Part shown: piece after piece, positions 25,376-34,978 of the stretch
How the letters are laid out: the number at the start of each line of letters is the position of its first letter
How positions within the stretch are numbered: the first letter of the stretch is position 1
Source of the DNA: an uncultured Clostridia bacterium
GTDB taxonomy: Bacteria; Bacillota; Clostridia; Oscillospirales; Acutalibacteraceae
NCBI GenBank assembly: GCA_944380675.1
Contig: CALWIH010000002.1
Coordinates: 280 to 64,279, forward strand
DNA length: 64,000 nucleotides
Reading direction: 5' to 3'
The notes under the pieces: model-generated
The model's input: the letters and a program-made list of their open reading frames with translations, nothing else
What the model was told of the DNA's origin: nothing
Databases searched by the model: none
Translations under genes and position numbers: made by a program

Positions 25376-26203
25376 ATGGCGGTACCGGCAGCTCTCAGCG
25401 CATTGGGCTCGGCTCTGACAACAAATGTGTTGGGCATCACCGAAAAGGCAACCTTGACCATCGTCACAGGAAGCGATTCCGACGCGTCCGGAGCTGCGGG
25501 AAGCGCGGCAGGATCCGTGGCCGGAGCCGCGGCAGGAGCGGCAGGCGCCGCAGCAGGAGCGGCAGGCGCCGCGGCCACGGCTCTGGGAGTCGGCACCGCA
25601 GCGGCTTCCGCGGCGGTGCCGAAAACGTACCGGATGACGGTGCAGTTCAACCCGTCCTCCATCTCGTTTCACGCTTCGACGGTGGATTCCCCGTTCCAAT
25701 ATCTCCAGCAGAAAAGCGATTCGGAGATTCCCCTGCAGGGCTTTCGCCCGCCTTCGATCTCGATGAGCGTCATGCTGATCTTCGACCAGGTGAACGTCAA
25801 GGACTGCTTCATGATGGAGAAGTTTAAGGTATCGACGCAGGATATCGCGCAGCTCGCCGTCAACAAGGGCGTCAACACCACTGTTTACTCGGTGCAGAAG
25901 CAGACGAACGCGTTTGTCGGCATGATGCTGAGCGATGAAACGAGAACCGTAACCTTTCAGTGGGCGGATCTCTGCTTCAAAGGAGAGGTTACGGAGGTGC
26001 GCGCGGACTATACGATGTTTTCCATATCGGGCCGTCCCGTGCGCAGCCAGGTCCGGCTCAATCTCTCACAGCGTTTGGATAAAAAGACGGATTACAACGA
26101 CTGGAACAAGGCCTTCGAGGCCTGCTTCCCGGAGTCGTCCGGAGAATTCGGCGGGAAGTCGGTGACCGAGCAGATCACCAATCTTGTGAATATCAACCTG
26201 TAA
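25376..26203 (+). CDS. CIS tube-initiator-like protein (Afp7/Pvc7-like), copy 2, no LysM
   Basis: MTVQFNPSSI, MLIFD, FQWADLCFKGEVTEVRADYTMFSISGRPVRSQVRL; clear paralogue of the upstream gene. Confidence 0.8.
   Translation: MAVPAALSALGSALTTNVLGITEKATLTIVTGSDSDASGAAGSAAGSVAGAAAGAAGAAAGAAGAAATALGVGTAAASAAVPKTYRMTVQFNPSSISFHASTVDSPFQYLQQKSDSEIPLQGFRPPSISMSVMLIFDQVNVKDCFMMEKFKVSTQDIAQLAVNKGVNTTVYSVQKQTNAFVGMMLSDETRTVTFQWADLCFKGEVTEVRADYTMFSISGRPVRSQVRLNLSQRLDKKTDYNDWNKAFEACFPESSGEFGGKSVTEQITNLVNINL
25532..25572 (+). repeat. 21-bp-period tandem repeat encoding an Ala/Gly linker
   Basis: GCAGGAGCGGCAGGCGCCGC at 25532 and 25553. Confidence 0.8.
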
Positions 26204-26228
26204 AGCAGCTTGGAAAGGAGGAGTCGAG

Positions 26229-27419
26229 GTGGCGCTTCTGTCATCCGCCCTCGGAGCGATTGCCGGCGCAGCAGGCGCGTCCCCTGCGCTGACATACGCC
26301 GGCCTCTCGGAGACCTATCAGGGGTTTTCGTCGCCGGAAGCCTCCGTGTATATCAACGGTTCCGATTTTTACCGGGACGATATGATCGTGACCGATATCA
26401 GCGTTGAGCTGACGAGCGGCTTTGAAGCGTCCGTCGCTTCGCTGCGCGTCTACAACGTCTTCGACAAATATACGGGTAATTTCAAGTACGACGCCATTAA
26501 GAAGCAGGTGGTGCTCGGCGCGTCGCTCGAGATTCGGCTCGGCTATCTCGGGAAGGTGATCCCCGTCTTCATCGGGTTCGTCTCGGACGTCGCCTTCGGC
26601 TTCGACCCAACGGATCTGCCGTATATTGAAATCCGCGCGATGGACGTCAAGGGCGCGATGATGTCCAACTCCTACGCCCAGCAGCTCAAGGCGGACAGCT
26701 ACGGTCAGGCGGTTTCGGAGATTCTCAAGCGTACCTCTTACGAGAAACTGCGCAAGGGAAGCATCATTACCGCTGTCCATGTGACCGATACGCCGGACAA
26801 ATCCGCGGGCGGCAAGCAGGGCGAAACGCCCTATACGGTCGAGATGGTGGAGGAGAGCGATTACGAGTTCATCGTCAAGGCGGCCAAGAAGTTCAATTTT
26901 GAGTTTTTCGTCGATCGCGGCGAGGTTTATTTCCGCAAGGCAAAGAGCGATGCGTCCGTTCTGATGGAGCTCGGCGTCGGCTCCGGTCTTGTGAAATTTG
27001 AAATCGGCTACGGCATCACCGGCCTTGTGGGTCAGGTGGAGGTGCGATCCATGGATCCCGGCACCGGAAAAATGATCTCGGCAAAAAAGAAGCTGAGCAA
27101 TACCATTTCCACCGGCTCCATTGCGTCGGGGATTGTCTCGTCGAGCCAGAAGGTGTACATCGACCCCACCGCCATGACGCAGGAGCAGGCGGACGCCAGA
27201 GCCGCGTATCTCGCGGAGGAGATTTCCTACCGCCTCGGCACGCTGGAATGCACCTGTCCCGGCATTCCCGACCTGTCGCCGGGGCGCTTTGTCAAGGTCA
27301 CGGGGCTCGGCGTTCCGGTGGACAATACGTTTTATGTGACGAACGTGATCCACGACTTCCGCACGGAGAGCGGATACCAGACGAGGCTTCTCGCAAAGGC
27401 CGCGGAGGTGAAGAAGTGA
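26229..27419 (+). CDS. Phage late-control D / gp27-like baseplate hub protein
   Basis: LEIRLGY...FIGFVSDV, IEIRAMD, ESDYEFIVKAAKK..FEFFVD, GIPDLSPGRFVKVTGLG...FYVTNVIH. Confidence 0.88.
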   Translation: MALLSSALGAIAGAAGASPALTYAGLSETYQGFSSPEASVYINGSDFYRDDMIVTDISVELTSGFEASVASLRVYNVFDKYTGNFKYDAIKKQVVLGASLEIRLGYLGKVIPVFIGFVSDVAFGFDPTDLPYIEIRAMDVKGAMMSNSYAQQLKADSYGQAVSEILKRTSYEKLRKGSIITAVHVTDTPDKSAGGKQGETPYTVEMVEESDYEFIVKAAKKFNFEFFVDRGEVYFRKAKSDASVLMELGVGSGLVKFEIGYGITGLVGQVEVRSMDPGTGKMISAKKKLSNTISTGSIASGIVSSSQKVYIDPTAMTQEQADARAAYLAEEISYRLGTLECTCPGIPDLSPGRFVKVTGLGVPVDNTFYVTNVIHDFRTESGYQTRLLAKAAEVKK

Positions 27420-28228
27420 GCTTTTACGATATCATCGGGGAAATCTCCGACAAGCAGGCGACGAAAACGCAGACGGGCGACACGAGGATCTACGGCGTTG
27501 TCATCGGCGTTGTCACCAAGAATTACGATAAGAATATGCCCGGGCGCGTCTGCGTCAATATCCCCACGCGCGACGCGGAGGCCAACGTCCTCAAATGGGC
27601 GCGTCAGGCGCTGCCGGGCAGCGGGTCCGACTGGGGCTATTACTTCCTCCCCGAGGTGGGAGACCAGGTGCTGCTCGCGTTTGAGGGCGGCAGCATCGAA
27701 AAGCCGTATATCATCGGCTGTCTGCCGAAGGACAACTCGAAGCTTCTGAGCAAGACGGTCGACGAGAGCAACCAGTTCAAGCGCATCATGACGAAGAACG
27801 GAAGCGCCGTCATCTTTGAGGACAACAAGGAAGGCGACGGCGAGAAGGATAAAATCACGGTAGAGACGGCGGGTCAGAGCCATCAAATCCTGATGGACAA
27901 CGAGAACAAGGTGATCCGCGTCAGCGATAAGAAGAAGGAAAACATGGTCGAGCTCTCAACCGAGAGCGGTCAGATGGTGATCAAGGCCAAATCGAAGCTG
28001 ACCATTCAGGTCGGCGACAACATCAAGATGATTTTCAACGGGGATTCCGGCGCCGTGCAGATTCAGGCGAAGGATTTCTCCGTTCAGGCCAGCAACAGCC
28101 TCCAGATGAAGACAGACAGTACGCTCAAGCTGCAGGGAGCGCAGATCAACCAGTCCGCTTCCTCCATGTATAAGGCGGAGAGCAGCGGCATGGTGACGAT
28201 CTCCGGCAGTCCCATCAAACTTGGCTGA
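27416..28228 (+). CDS. Baseplate spike protein (gp5/gpV OB-fold, VgrG C-terminal half)
   Basis: GTG 27416 after GGAGGTG, overlapping the gpD stop (GTGA). GVVIGVV, GRVCV, WAR, YFLPEVGDQVLLAFEGG...PYIIG, beta-repeat tail ending ISGSPIKLG. Confidence 0.9.
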   Translation: MSFYDIIGEISDKQATKTQTGDTRIYGVVIGVVTKNYDKNMPGRVCVNIPTRDAEANVLKWARQALPGSGSDWGYYFLPEVGDQVLLAFEGGSIEKPYIIGCLPKDNSKLLSKTVDESNQFKRIMTKNGSAVIFEDNKEGDGEKDKITVETAGQSHQILMDNENKVIRVSDKKKENMVELSTESGQMVIKAKSKLTIQVGDNIKMIFNGDSGAVQIQAKDFSVQASNSLQMKTDSTLKLQGAQINQSASSMYKAESSGMVTISGSPIKLG

Positions 28229-28248
28229 CAGGCGAAAGGAGCGTCCTC

Positions 28249-28674
28249 ATGGAAAATAAGATGTTTTTGGGGACCGGGTTCCATTTTCCCCCGAGCGTGG
28301 ATCCGGGCACCGGGCGGTTTCTGACGTCCTCCGGCGAGCAGAGCGTCAGGGAGTCCGTTTATCTGATCCTCATGACGCAGCAGGGGGAGAGGTGGCTCCT
28401 TCCCGGCTTCGGCAGCAACCTGATGAGCTATACCTTCATGGATCCGTCTGTCACGATGCTCAGCGTGCTTTCCAACAGCCTGCGCGCCACGCTGATGGAG
28501 CAGGAGCCGCGTATCTCCGACGTGCAGGTGGAGGTCGACCCCGAGGTGCAGGACGGCTGCCTGTTCGTCAACATCTCCTACACGGTGGCGGCCACGAACA
28601 GCCGGGACAATCTGGTATTCCCATTCTATCTGAATTCGTCGAGGGAGGAGGGTTCCGATGAGACGCAGCAATAA
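28249..28674 (+). CDS. GPW/gp25 baseplate wedge protein (Afp9-like)
   Basis: FLGTGFHFPP, SVRESVYLILMTQQGERWLLPGFGS, EQEPRI, ISYTVAATNSRDNLVFPFYL. Confidence 0.93.
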   Translation: MENKMFLGTGFHFPPSVDPGTGRFLTSSGEQSVRESVYLILMTQQGERWLLPGFGSNLMSYTFMDPSVTMLSVLSNSLRATLMEQEPRISDVQVEVDPEVQDGCLFVNISYTVAATNSRDNLVFPFYLNSSREEGSDETQQ

Positions 28675-31600
28675 CGAAGCCCTTCTCGACACGCGGGACG
28701 TCGCCGCTCTGCGCCGTGAAATCGCCGGACTCGCGGCCTCGTATACTCCCGAATGGGCGTTTTCCGAGACAAACCCCGATGTCGGCTCCGTTGTCGGCCT
28801 CGTATTCGCCAACCAGATGAGCGAAAATATCCGGAAAATGAACCTCGTGATGGAGAAGTACCACACGGAGTTTGTCAATATGCTCAATCTCTCGCTGCGC
28901 CCGGCCTATCCGGCCTCGGGCGTGGTGGTCATGAATCTGATTGCGGGGACTATCCCCGGCGTTTACGTCCCCTCCGGCACGCGCCTGATTGGCAGAAACG
29001 AGGAGGACGGCCGGCAGATTCCCTTTGAGACGACGTCGGACGTCTATGTCACGAGCGCGCGCCTGACAGACGTCTTTTCCGCCTCGGGCTCGTTCGGCAG
29101 GCTGATTCCGGCTCTCGGTGCGAGAAAGCGCAGGGAGCTGCCCGGGGAGGCCGCGGCGCCCGCCCCGGAGGAGGGAGCCGCCTCGGAGCCCCCGGTTCCC
29201 GAGGAAATCCCGCTGTTCGATTTCTCGGGCGGCGGCGTCGAGCGGTGGGCGCTTGTTTTGACGCACGACACCATTTTCCGCGTGCAGGAAAACGCGGAGC
29301 TTTGTCTGCGCCTGCGCAGCCCTGCGGGCGAGGATCTCTCCGCCGTGTTTGCCGATCCGGAGCGCTTCTCCTGGAGCTACCTCGTCGGGGAGCGGTTTCT
29401 GCCCTTCTCCCGCGCGGAGGCGGCGGACGGAACGCTCCGCCTGTACCGCGATGCGCCGGATGGGCAGGAGACCCTCGACGCGCCGGACTGCACCGTGATC
29501 TGTGTCGAAGCGCTCTCGCCCGTGCTGGAAAACATCACGCTGGGAGAGCTCTCCGTCTCGTCCCGCTGCGGCGGGATTGCCCCCGAAATCGTGTTCGACG
29601 GAACCTCGGAGCTGGATCGGGAGAGCTTCCTGCCCTTCGGGGAGATGGTCTCCCTGTTCGACGAATGCACCATCGGCGCGGACGCTGTTTTCAGCCAGAA
29701 GGACGCGATGGCGGAGCTTTCCTTCCGCCTCTCCGTGCAGGAGCGGCTCGTTCCGCTGAGTCAGGCGCAGGAGCTCGAGGAGCTGCGCATCATCAAGCGC
29801 AAGCCGCGCACCATTCAGTATCAGGCGGCGAGAACCTCTCCGCAGAAGGTGGAGCTCGAATACTTCAACGGCGTCGGCTGGCGCAGGCTTCCCTGCGAGG
29901 ACGACTGGAGCGAGCTCTTTGACGGGACGCGCACGGGGGATTTCACCATTCGTTTCCGCTGCCCGGCCGACTGGATGCCGGCTGTGTCCGGCGGCTACGA
30001 GGGGCGCTCCCTTCGCCTGCGCGTCACGCGGGCGGACGACTGCTATCTGCGTCCCTGTCTGCACACAATGCCGCGCCTTTCCCGGGTGAGGCTTTCCTAC
30101 TCGTATTTTGACGATTGGAAGACGCCCCAGCGCCTTACCTCCCTCAGCGGCACGGAGCTGTTCGATCTCACGGGAAGGATGCGCGCCGGAGAGTCGTTTG
30201 AAGCCTTCCGCGTCCTGCCGTACGCGGGCAACGCGCTGTATCTCGGTTTTGACCGCCCCATGCAGGGCGCGCCGGTCAGCATCCTGTTCGACGTGGCGGA
30301 CAACGCCAATTTTGTCGACGCGCCGCTGCGCTTTGAGTATTCCACGAGAGACGGGTTCGAGCCCCTGCGCGTGGTCGACCACACGCGGAATCTTTCGGAG
30401 TCCGGCACGGTTCTGTTCCTGCCTCCGTCCAATTTTGCGAAGCGCTCCATGGAAGGGCAGGATCGCTGGTGGATCCGCCTGGTCGACGAGAGGGGACGCT
30501 TCGACGACCCGAACGTCTATCACCCCGTCATCCGGCGTATTCTGCTTAACGCGGCGGAGGTGCGCAACCAGGTGACAATGCCCGAGGAGGTGTTCTATAT
30601 CAGCGCCTCCGTTCCGAATATGGAGTTTGCGCTTTCGTCGCGCAATATTCTTTCCGCCGAGGTGTTCGTCAGCGAGATCGGGCGGCTCTCCGTCCCGGCG
30701 ATGCGCGCCATGGCGGAGGAGAGGCCGCAGGACGTCCGCGTCGAATACGATTTTCTCGGGGAAATCACGGAGTTTTTCGTCCGCTGGACGGAGGTTGACA
30801 ATTTTGACGCCTCCCGTCCCGGCGATCGCCACTATACGCTCGACCGCATGAACAGCGTGCTGCGCTTCGGCGACGGCGTCTCCGTCGCCATACCGCCCGC
30901 GCAGAACGGACCCGCCTTCACCGTCCGGGCCGTCTGCTGCGACGGCGGCGCGGGCAATCTGCCCGCCGGCTCCATCCGCGAGCCCTTCTCGCAGCTGCTC
31001 TACGTCGACGAGCTTTCCAACCCGCTGCCGACGTCGTCGGGCAGCGATCTCGAGAGCGTCGAGAGCGCCCGCGCCCGCGGCGCGAATCTCATCTGCTCGA
31101 AGAACCGGCTTGTCAGCGAGCTCGATTTTCTGCGCGAGGTGGAGGCGTTTTCCTCATCGGTGAAAAAGGTGCGCTGCGTCGTCGGGGAGGATTTCGACGG
31201 GACGAAGCGCCCCGACGCCGTCAGTATCGCCGTGCTGACGGAGGATTTTGAGGACAGCGACCGGTCGTTTGCGAATCTGCGCGATCGCCTCTACAGCCAT
31301 CTGATGGGGAAAAGCGAGGCAACGCTTCGCGAGCTGCTGATTGGCGAGCCCTCGTGCGTTGAGATTTCCGTCTCGGTCTGGGCGGAGACGAACGATCTCG
31401 AAAGAACGCTCGAGATTCAGGAAACGCTGCGCCGCCGCATCACGGAGTTTCTCAATCCGATGACAGGCGGCAGCGGCGGCGGCTGGCCGATCGGCGTTCT
31501 GCCGGGGGAGGCTCAGCTGAGCCGGATGCTTCATTCTGTCGACTGCGGCGCCTTTGTGCTGCGGTACTGCGCGACGGCGCGCTATGTCGATCGCAGAGGC

Positions 31601-31693
31601 GTCCACGAGAAGAGCCTCGGCGATATCCGCCCGACGCCGTTCATGCTCGGCGTAAGCGGGACGCATACGATTTTTGTCCGCCAGGCGCCGTAA
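28658..31693 (+). CDS. Baseplate J-like protein (Afp11-like)
   Basis: LLDTRD...LAASYTPEW...PDVG, D.HYTLDRMNSVLRFGDG...IPP, GGAGNLPAGSI, NPLPTSSGSDLE, NRLVSELDF. Confidence 0.85.
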   Translation: MRRSNNEALLDTRDVAALRREIAGLAASYTPEWAFSETNPDVGSVVGLVFANQMSENIRKMNLVMEKYHTEFVNMLNLSLRPAYPASGVVVMNLIAGTIPGVYVPSGTRLIGRNEEDGRQIPFETTSDVYVTSARLTDVFSASGSFGRLIPALGARKRRELPGEAAAPAPEEGAASEPPVPEEIPLFDFSGGGVERWALVLTHDTIFRVQENAELCLRLRSPAGEDLSAVFADPERFSWSYLVGERFLPFSRAEAADGTLRLYRDAPDGQETLDAPDCTVICVEALSPVLENITLGELSVSSRCGGIAPEIVFDGTSELDRESFLPFGEMVSLFDECTIGADAVFSQKDAMAELSFRLSVQERLVPLSQAQELEELRIIKRKPRTIQYQAARTSPQKVELEYFNGVGWRRLPCEDDWSELFDGTRTGDFTIRFRCPADWMPAVSGGYEGRSLRLRVTRADDCYLRPCLHTMPRLSRVRLSYSYFDDWKTPQRLTSLSGTELFDLTGRMRAGESFEAFRVLPYAGNALYLGFDRPMQGAPVSILFDVADNANFVDAPLRFEYSTRDGFEPLRVVDHTRNLSESGTVLFLPPSNFAKRSMEGQDRWWIRLVDERGRFDDPNVYHPVIRRILLNAAEVRNQVTMPEEVFYISASVPNMEFALSSRNILSAEVFVSEIGRLSVPAMRAMAEERPQDVRVEYDFLGEITEFFVRWTEVDNFDASRPGDRHYTLDRMNSVLRFGDGVSVAIPPAQNGPAFTVRAVCCDGGAGNLPAGSIREPFSQLLYVDELSNPLPTSSGSDLESVESARARGANLICSKNRLVSELDFLREVEAFSSSVKKVRCVVGEDFDGTKRPDAVSIAVLTEDFEDSDRSFANLRDRLYSHLMGKSEATLRELLIGEPSCVEISVSVWAETNDLERTLEIQETLRRRITEFLNPMTGGSGGGWPIGVLPGEAQLSRMLHSVDCGAFVLRYCATARYVDRRGVHEKSLGDIRPTPFMLGVSGTHTIFVRQAP

Positions 31694-31753
31694 TCCCCAT
31701 GCGGGCGGCGGTCTGCGGAAGAAAACAATATGGGAACCGGGAGGAAATCGGAA

Positions 31754-33868
31754 ATGCTGAACAGCATCAATTTGGATGATAAGAGCTATGAGGATATTCT
31801 GGCGGAGGCCATTTCCCAGGTTCCTCTTTATTCGGACGAGTGGACAAATTTCAATCATTCCGATCCCGGCGTCACCGTCCTGCAGAATTTTTCCGCGTTT
31901 GCCCTTCTGCAGCAGACGTCCATCAACGAGATCACCGAGCCCATACGGCGGAACCTCCTGCGCCTTCTCGGCTTTGAGGCTGGGCGGGACAAGCCCGCGC
32001 GCGCGTATGTGGCCTGCACGGCGTCCGAGCGGATCTCGCTGCCGGCGCACTGGAAGTGCCGCGTCGGCTCCCTTTGCTTTGAGACGGAAGCGCCCGCGGT
32101 CGTCGAGCCCTGGGCTGTTTCCGCCTGCTATACGAAAAAGCCCGGCGGTGAGTACCGCGACGTCTCCTATCTGCTGGGCCGCGCCATTCCGGTGGACGTC
32201 GCCGTCTTCGGCAGAAGGCCGGATCGCGGCAGAACGGTGTGCTGCGCGCTCAGCGGACGCCCGGAGCCGGGCTCCGAGAGCGTGTTCTGGGTGCAGGCCG
32301 CGAAGACGGCGGGACGCAGCCCGTTCAGCGCCGAGTTTCCCGTGCGCTTCGCCGAGCTTAAATGGCAGTGCTTCACCGCGTCGGGCTGGGTCGATATGGA
32401 GGCTCAGGATGAGACGGGCGGCTTTCTGCAGAGCGGAGCCGTGCGCCTGACCTTCCCCGCCGAGCCGCTTGCGCTGTGCGCGGAGCTTCCCAAGCCCGCG
32501 TACGCCGTCCGCTGCGTCCTCACGCGCGCGGAGTACGACGTTCCGCCTCGCATCAATTCCCTGACGGGGAACCTGCTGCGGCTTGTGCAGCAGGAGACGC
32601 GCGCCGCCGCGTTTTCCTTTTGCGGCGCGCAGGAGGTGATCGTGCGCAGCGCGATGGTTTCCTACGGCAGCCTGTTTGTCTGCTGCCGCGAGGAGGAGGG
32701 CGGCCCCCTCTTCGCTTACACGGCGTGGAACGGGAAGAAAAAGCGCGGCCGCTTTTTCCAGTCCGAGCGTCTCTCCGACGGCTCCCTCGCCATTCGCTTC
32801 GACGCCGCCCGCTTCGGCTTCGGCCCCGCGCGGGACGTCCCGGACGCCGTCCTTGCCCTGTGCTGGGACGAGGAGATGATGTATCACCGCAGCCTCGGTC
32901 CCGTCTGCGGATATGAAAATCAGATGATAGAGCTCGACCAGCTCGAGCACATCGTCGGCGATTCCTTCGCCGTGCTCGCGGAGCTGACCGACCGCGAGGG
33001 AAAGGTAACGTACCGCCTCATCCCTCCCGGCCTGACGGATCCCGACGACCTGTGCTACGAGGTGCTCACCGCGCCCGGGCAGCTGCGGATCCGGGAGCCC
33101 GGCCTCGGCGGCTGCCGCCTCTTTCTCGCGTCGTGCGCCGTCACGGCGGGGAAAAACGGCAACATCCGCGAGCAGAACGCTTTTGTCCCCGTCCTTCCCG
33201 ATTCGGTTCCGGCGGGCACAACGCTCCGCAATCCTGCCGCCGGACAGGGCGGAGAGACGTACGAGACGCTGGAGGAGCTTCGCCTCCGTTTCGCCGCCGC
33301 CATGCGCAGGCCGACGACGGCGGTCACGGCGAGCGATTACGAGGATATCGTCATGAGGACGCCCGGCCTGTGCATCCACAAGGTGAAGGCCGTCGTCGAC
33401 GAGCAGGCCAACAGCGTGAGCATTGCGGTTCAGCCCCGGTCCGAGGAGCCGGAGCCGCAGATCAGCGCGGTCTATGAGCGTCAGATCCGCCGCTGGCTGG
33501 AAGCGCACCGCCTGCTTTCCGTGCAGATCCATTTGCTGCAGCCGCAGTATGTCCGCGTGAATGTCCGCGCGACGATTTTTGTCAAGAGCTATTACAGCGG
33601 CGCGAGGGAGGAAATCGAAGCCGTCCTGAACCGCCATCTTGATTTCAGCGCCGCCGATCGCGGCTTCGGGGAGATCATCTCATACCACGAGCTCGTCCGC
33701 GATCTCGAGCAGCTTCCGTGCGTCGAATCTGTTTACGAACTGTTCTTGATTCCTCTCGCAAAGAGTGATATGATGTATACAGGCCATGACGTGAAGCTCG
33801 GGAACCACAGCATCTGCCGCCCCGGTTCCTATTCGCTCGAGCTGAGCACGCGCACCGGAAGCTATTGA
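31754..33868 (+). CDS. Baseplate J-like protein 2 (Afp11/12-like)
   Basis: ATG 31754 after GGAGG. INLDDKSYEDIL...PLYSDEWTNFNHSDPGVTVLQ, AGQGGETYETL, TTAVTASDYE. Confidence 0.85.
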   Translation: MLNSINLDDKSYEDILAEAISQVPLYSDEWTNFNHSDPGVTVLQNFSAFALLQQTSINEITEPIRRNLLRLLGFEAGRDKPARAYVACTASERISLPAHWKCRVGSLCFETEAPAVVEPWAVSACYTKKPGGEYRDVSYLLGRAIPVDVAVFGRRPDRGRTVCCALSGRPEPGSESVFWVQAAKTAGRSPFSAEFPVRFAELKWQCFTASGWVDMEAQDETGGFLQSGAVRLTFPAEPLALCAELPKPAYAVRCVLTRAEYDVPPRINSLTGNLLRLVQQETRAAAFSFCGAQEVIVRSAMVSYGSLFVCCREEEGGPLFAYTAWNGKKKRGRFFQSERLSDGSLAIRFDAARFGFGPARDVPDAVLALCWDEEMMYHRSLGPVCGYENQMIELDQLEHIVGDSFAVLAELTDREGKVTYRLIPPGLTDPDDLCYEVLTAPGQLRIREPGLGGCRLFLASCAVTAGKNGNIREQNAFVPVLPDSVPAGTTLRNPAAGQGGETYETLEELRLRFAAAMRRPTTAVTASDYEDIVMRTPGLCIHKVKAVVDEQANSVSIAVQPRSEEPEPQISAVYERQIRRWLEAHRLLSVQIHLLQPQYVRVNVRATIFVKSYYSGAREEIEAVLNRHLDFSAADRGFGEIISYHELVRDLEQLPCVESVYELFLIPLAKSDMMYTGHDVKLGNHSICRPGSYSLELSTRTGSY

Positions 33869-33891
33869 TCGTGTGAAAAGGAGAGAGAGCC

Positions 33892-34953
33892 ATGGCCGCA
33901 CTCGTTAGAAAATATGTCATCGGGAAAAATCGCCTGGCGCAGGGGCTGTATCGCGGCTTTACGCTCGACGGCGGTGAGCTGCGCACCTCCGGCGAGGGCG
34001 TGCGCAGCGTTCTGTACCTGGCCGCCCTGGACAGCGCGGAGCGCGACTGCGAATGGGGCCGCCTTGCCTTTGACGCGAAGCTTGACGCCGATATGACGCT
34101 GGGCGTGCGCGCCTTTGCCTCCAACGAGCCGAAATTTGTCCGCAAAGGGCGCGTGACGGATACCGACAGCTTCCTGCTGGACGATTCCGCGGAGGATGAC
34201 GCGAAGAACGTCCTGTTTGAAAAATCGGGCGGTATCGGCGCGGCGGGCGTGACGGATCTGCTTCTGACCGGCCTTTCCGGGCGCTATCTCTGGATCAGCG
34301 TCGAGGTGCTCGGCGCGGGCAGCGCCTCGCTCGGCAATTTCCGCGTATATTCTCCCGAGGATAATTTCTTCAACAGCTTCCCGGAGGTGTACCGCACCAA
34401 CGGCGAGTTTTTCCGGCGTTATATGGCGGTGTTCAACGTCATGTACGCCGACTTTCAGGAGAAGATCGACTCGCTCGATCGCTGTCTGGACATTGATACG
34501 GCGCCCGCCTCCCTTCTTCCCGTATTTGCCCGCTGGCTCGGCCTTGAGCTGGACGGCAATTTTCTGGAGGAGGACCAGCTCCGCCGGCTGCTCAAAAACG
34601 CGTTTTCCCTCATCTCCGCGAAGGGGACGCGCCGCGCTGTGGAGGGCGTCGTGCGGATTCTGACGGACGCGCCCGTCTATGTGCTCGAGCGGCAGTCGTC
34701 CCGCGGAGGCGAAAGTCCGTATGATTTTACGGTGCTTCTCCAGTGCGCTCCCGATGAGCGCCTGTATTCGCAGCTTCAATTTCTGCTTCGGCAGTTCAAG
34801 CCCGTGCGAGGAGAGGTCAGCCTTGTCTTTCTCGGGAAAAGCGGCCGCCTCGATTCGTATGCGTGCCTTGACATCAACGCCTGCGTGACGGAGCCGCAGC
34901 CCGGCCGGGCGGACAGGGGAGCCGTTTTGAACGGTCTGACCTGTTTGCAGTAA
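33892..34953 (+). CDS. Phage tail protein I-like (P2 gpI) baseplate protein
   Basis: FPEVY, FFRRYMAVF, LDIDTAPASLLPVFARWLGL, KGTRRAVE, QFKPV. Confidence 0.8.
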   Translation: MAALVRKYVIGKNRLAQGLYRGFTLDGGELRTSGEGVRSVLYLAALDSAERDCEWGRLAFDAKLDADMTLGVRAFASNEPKFVRKGRVTDTDSFLLDDSAEDDAKNVLFEKSGGIGAAGVTDLLLTGLSGRYLWISVEVLGAGSASLGNFRVYSPEDNFFNSFPEVYRTNGEFFRRYMAVFNVMYADFQEKIDSLDRCLDIDTAPASLLPVFARWLGLELDGNFLEEDQLRRLLKNAFSLISAKGTRRAVEGVVRILTDAPVYVLERQSSRGGESPYDFTVLLQCAPDERLYSQLQFLLRQFKPVRGEVSLVFLGKSGRLDSYACLDINACVTEPQPGRADRGAVLNGLTCLQ

Positions 34954-34978
34954 GCATTTCAAAGGAGGAAACGACCTT

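Larger units (their letters stand above)
1..34953. other. Extracellular contractile injection system (eCIS / Afp-PVC-like) gene cluster
   Basis: AAA+ ATPase, DUF4255, DUF4280 PAAR-like, sheath, tube, gpD, gp5 spike, gp25, two baseplate-J and tail-I genes occur together, with no capsid, portal, terminase or integrase. DUF4255 plus AAA ATPase is the established eCIS signature. Confidence 0.9.

Noticed and set aside
15752-34953. Prophage or R-type tailocin interpretation
   Set aside because: No capsid, portal, terminase, integrase, holin or endolysin; DUF4255 plus AAA ATPase point to eCIS.
4469-34953. Canonical T6SS interpretation
   Set aside because: No TssJ/L/M, TssK, TssA, split TssB/C, Hcp or ClpV; the sheath is a single phage-type protein.
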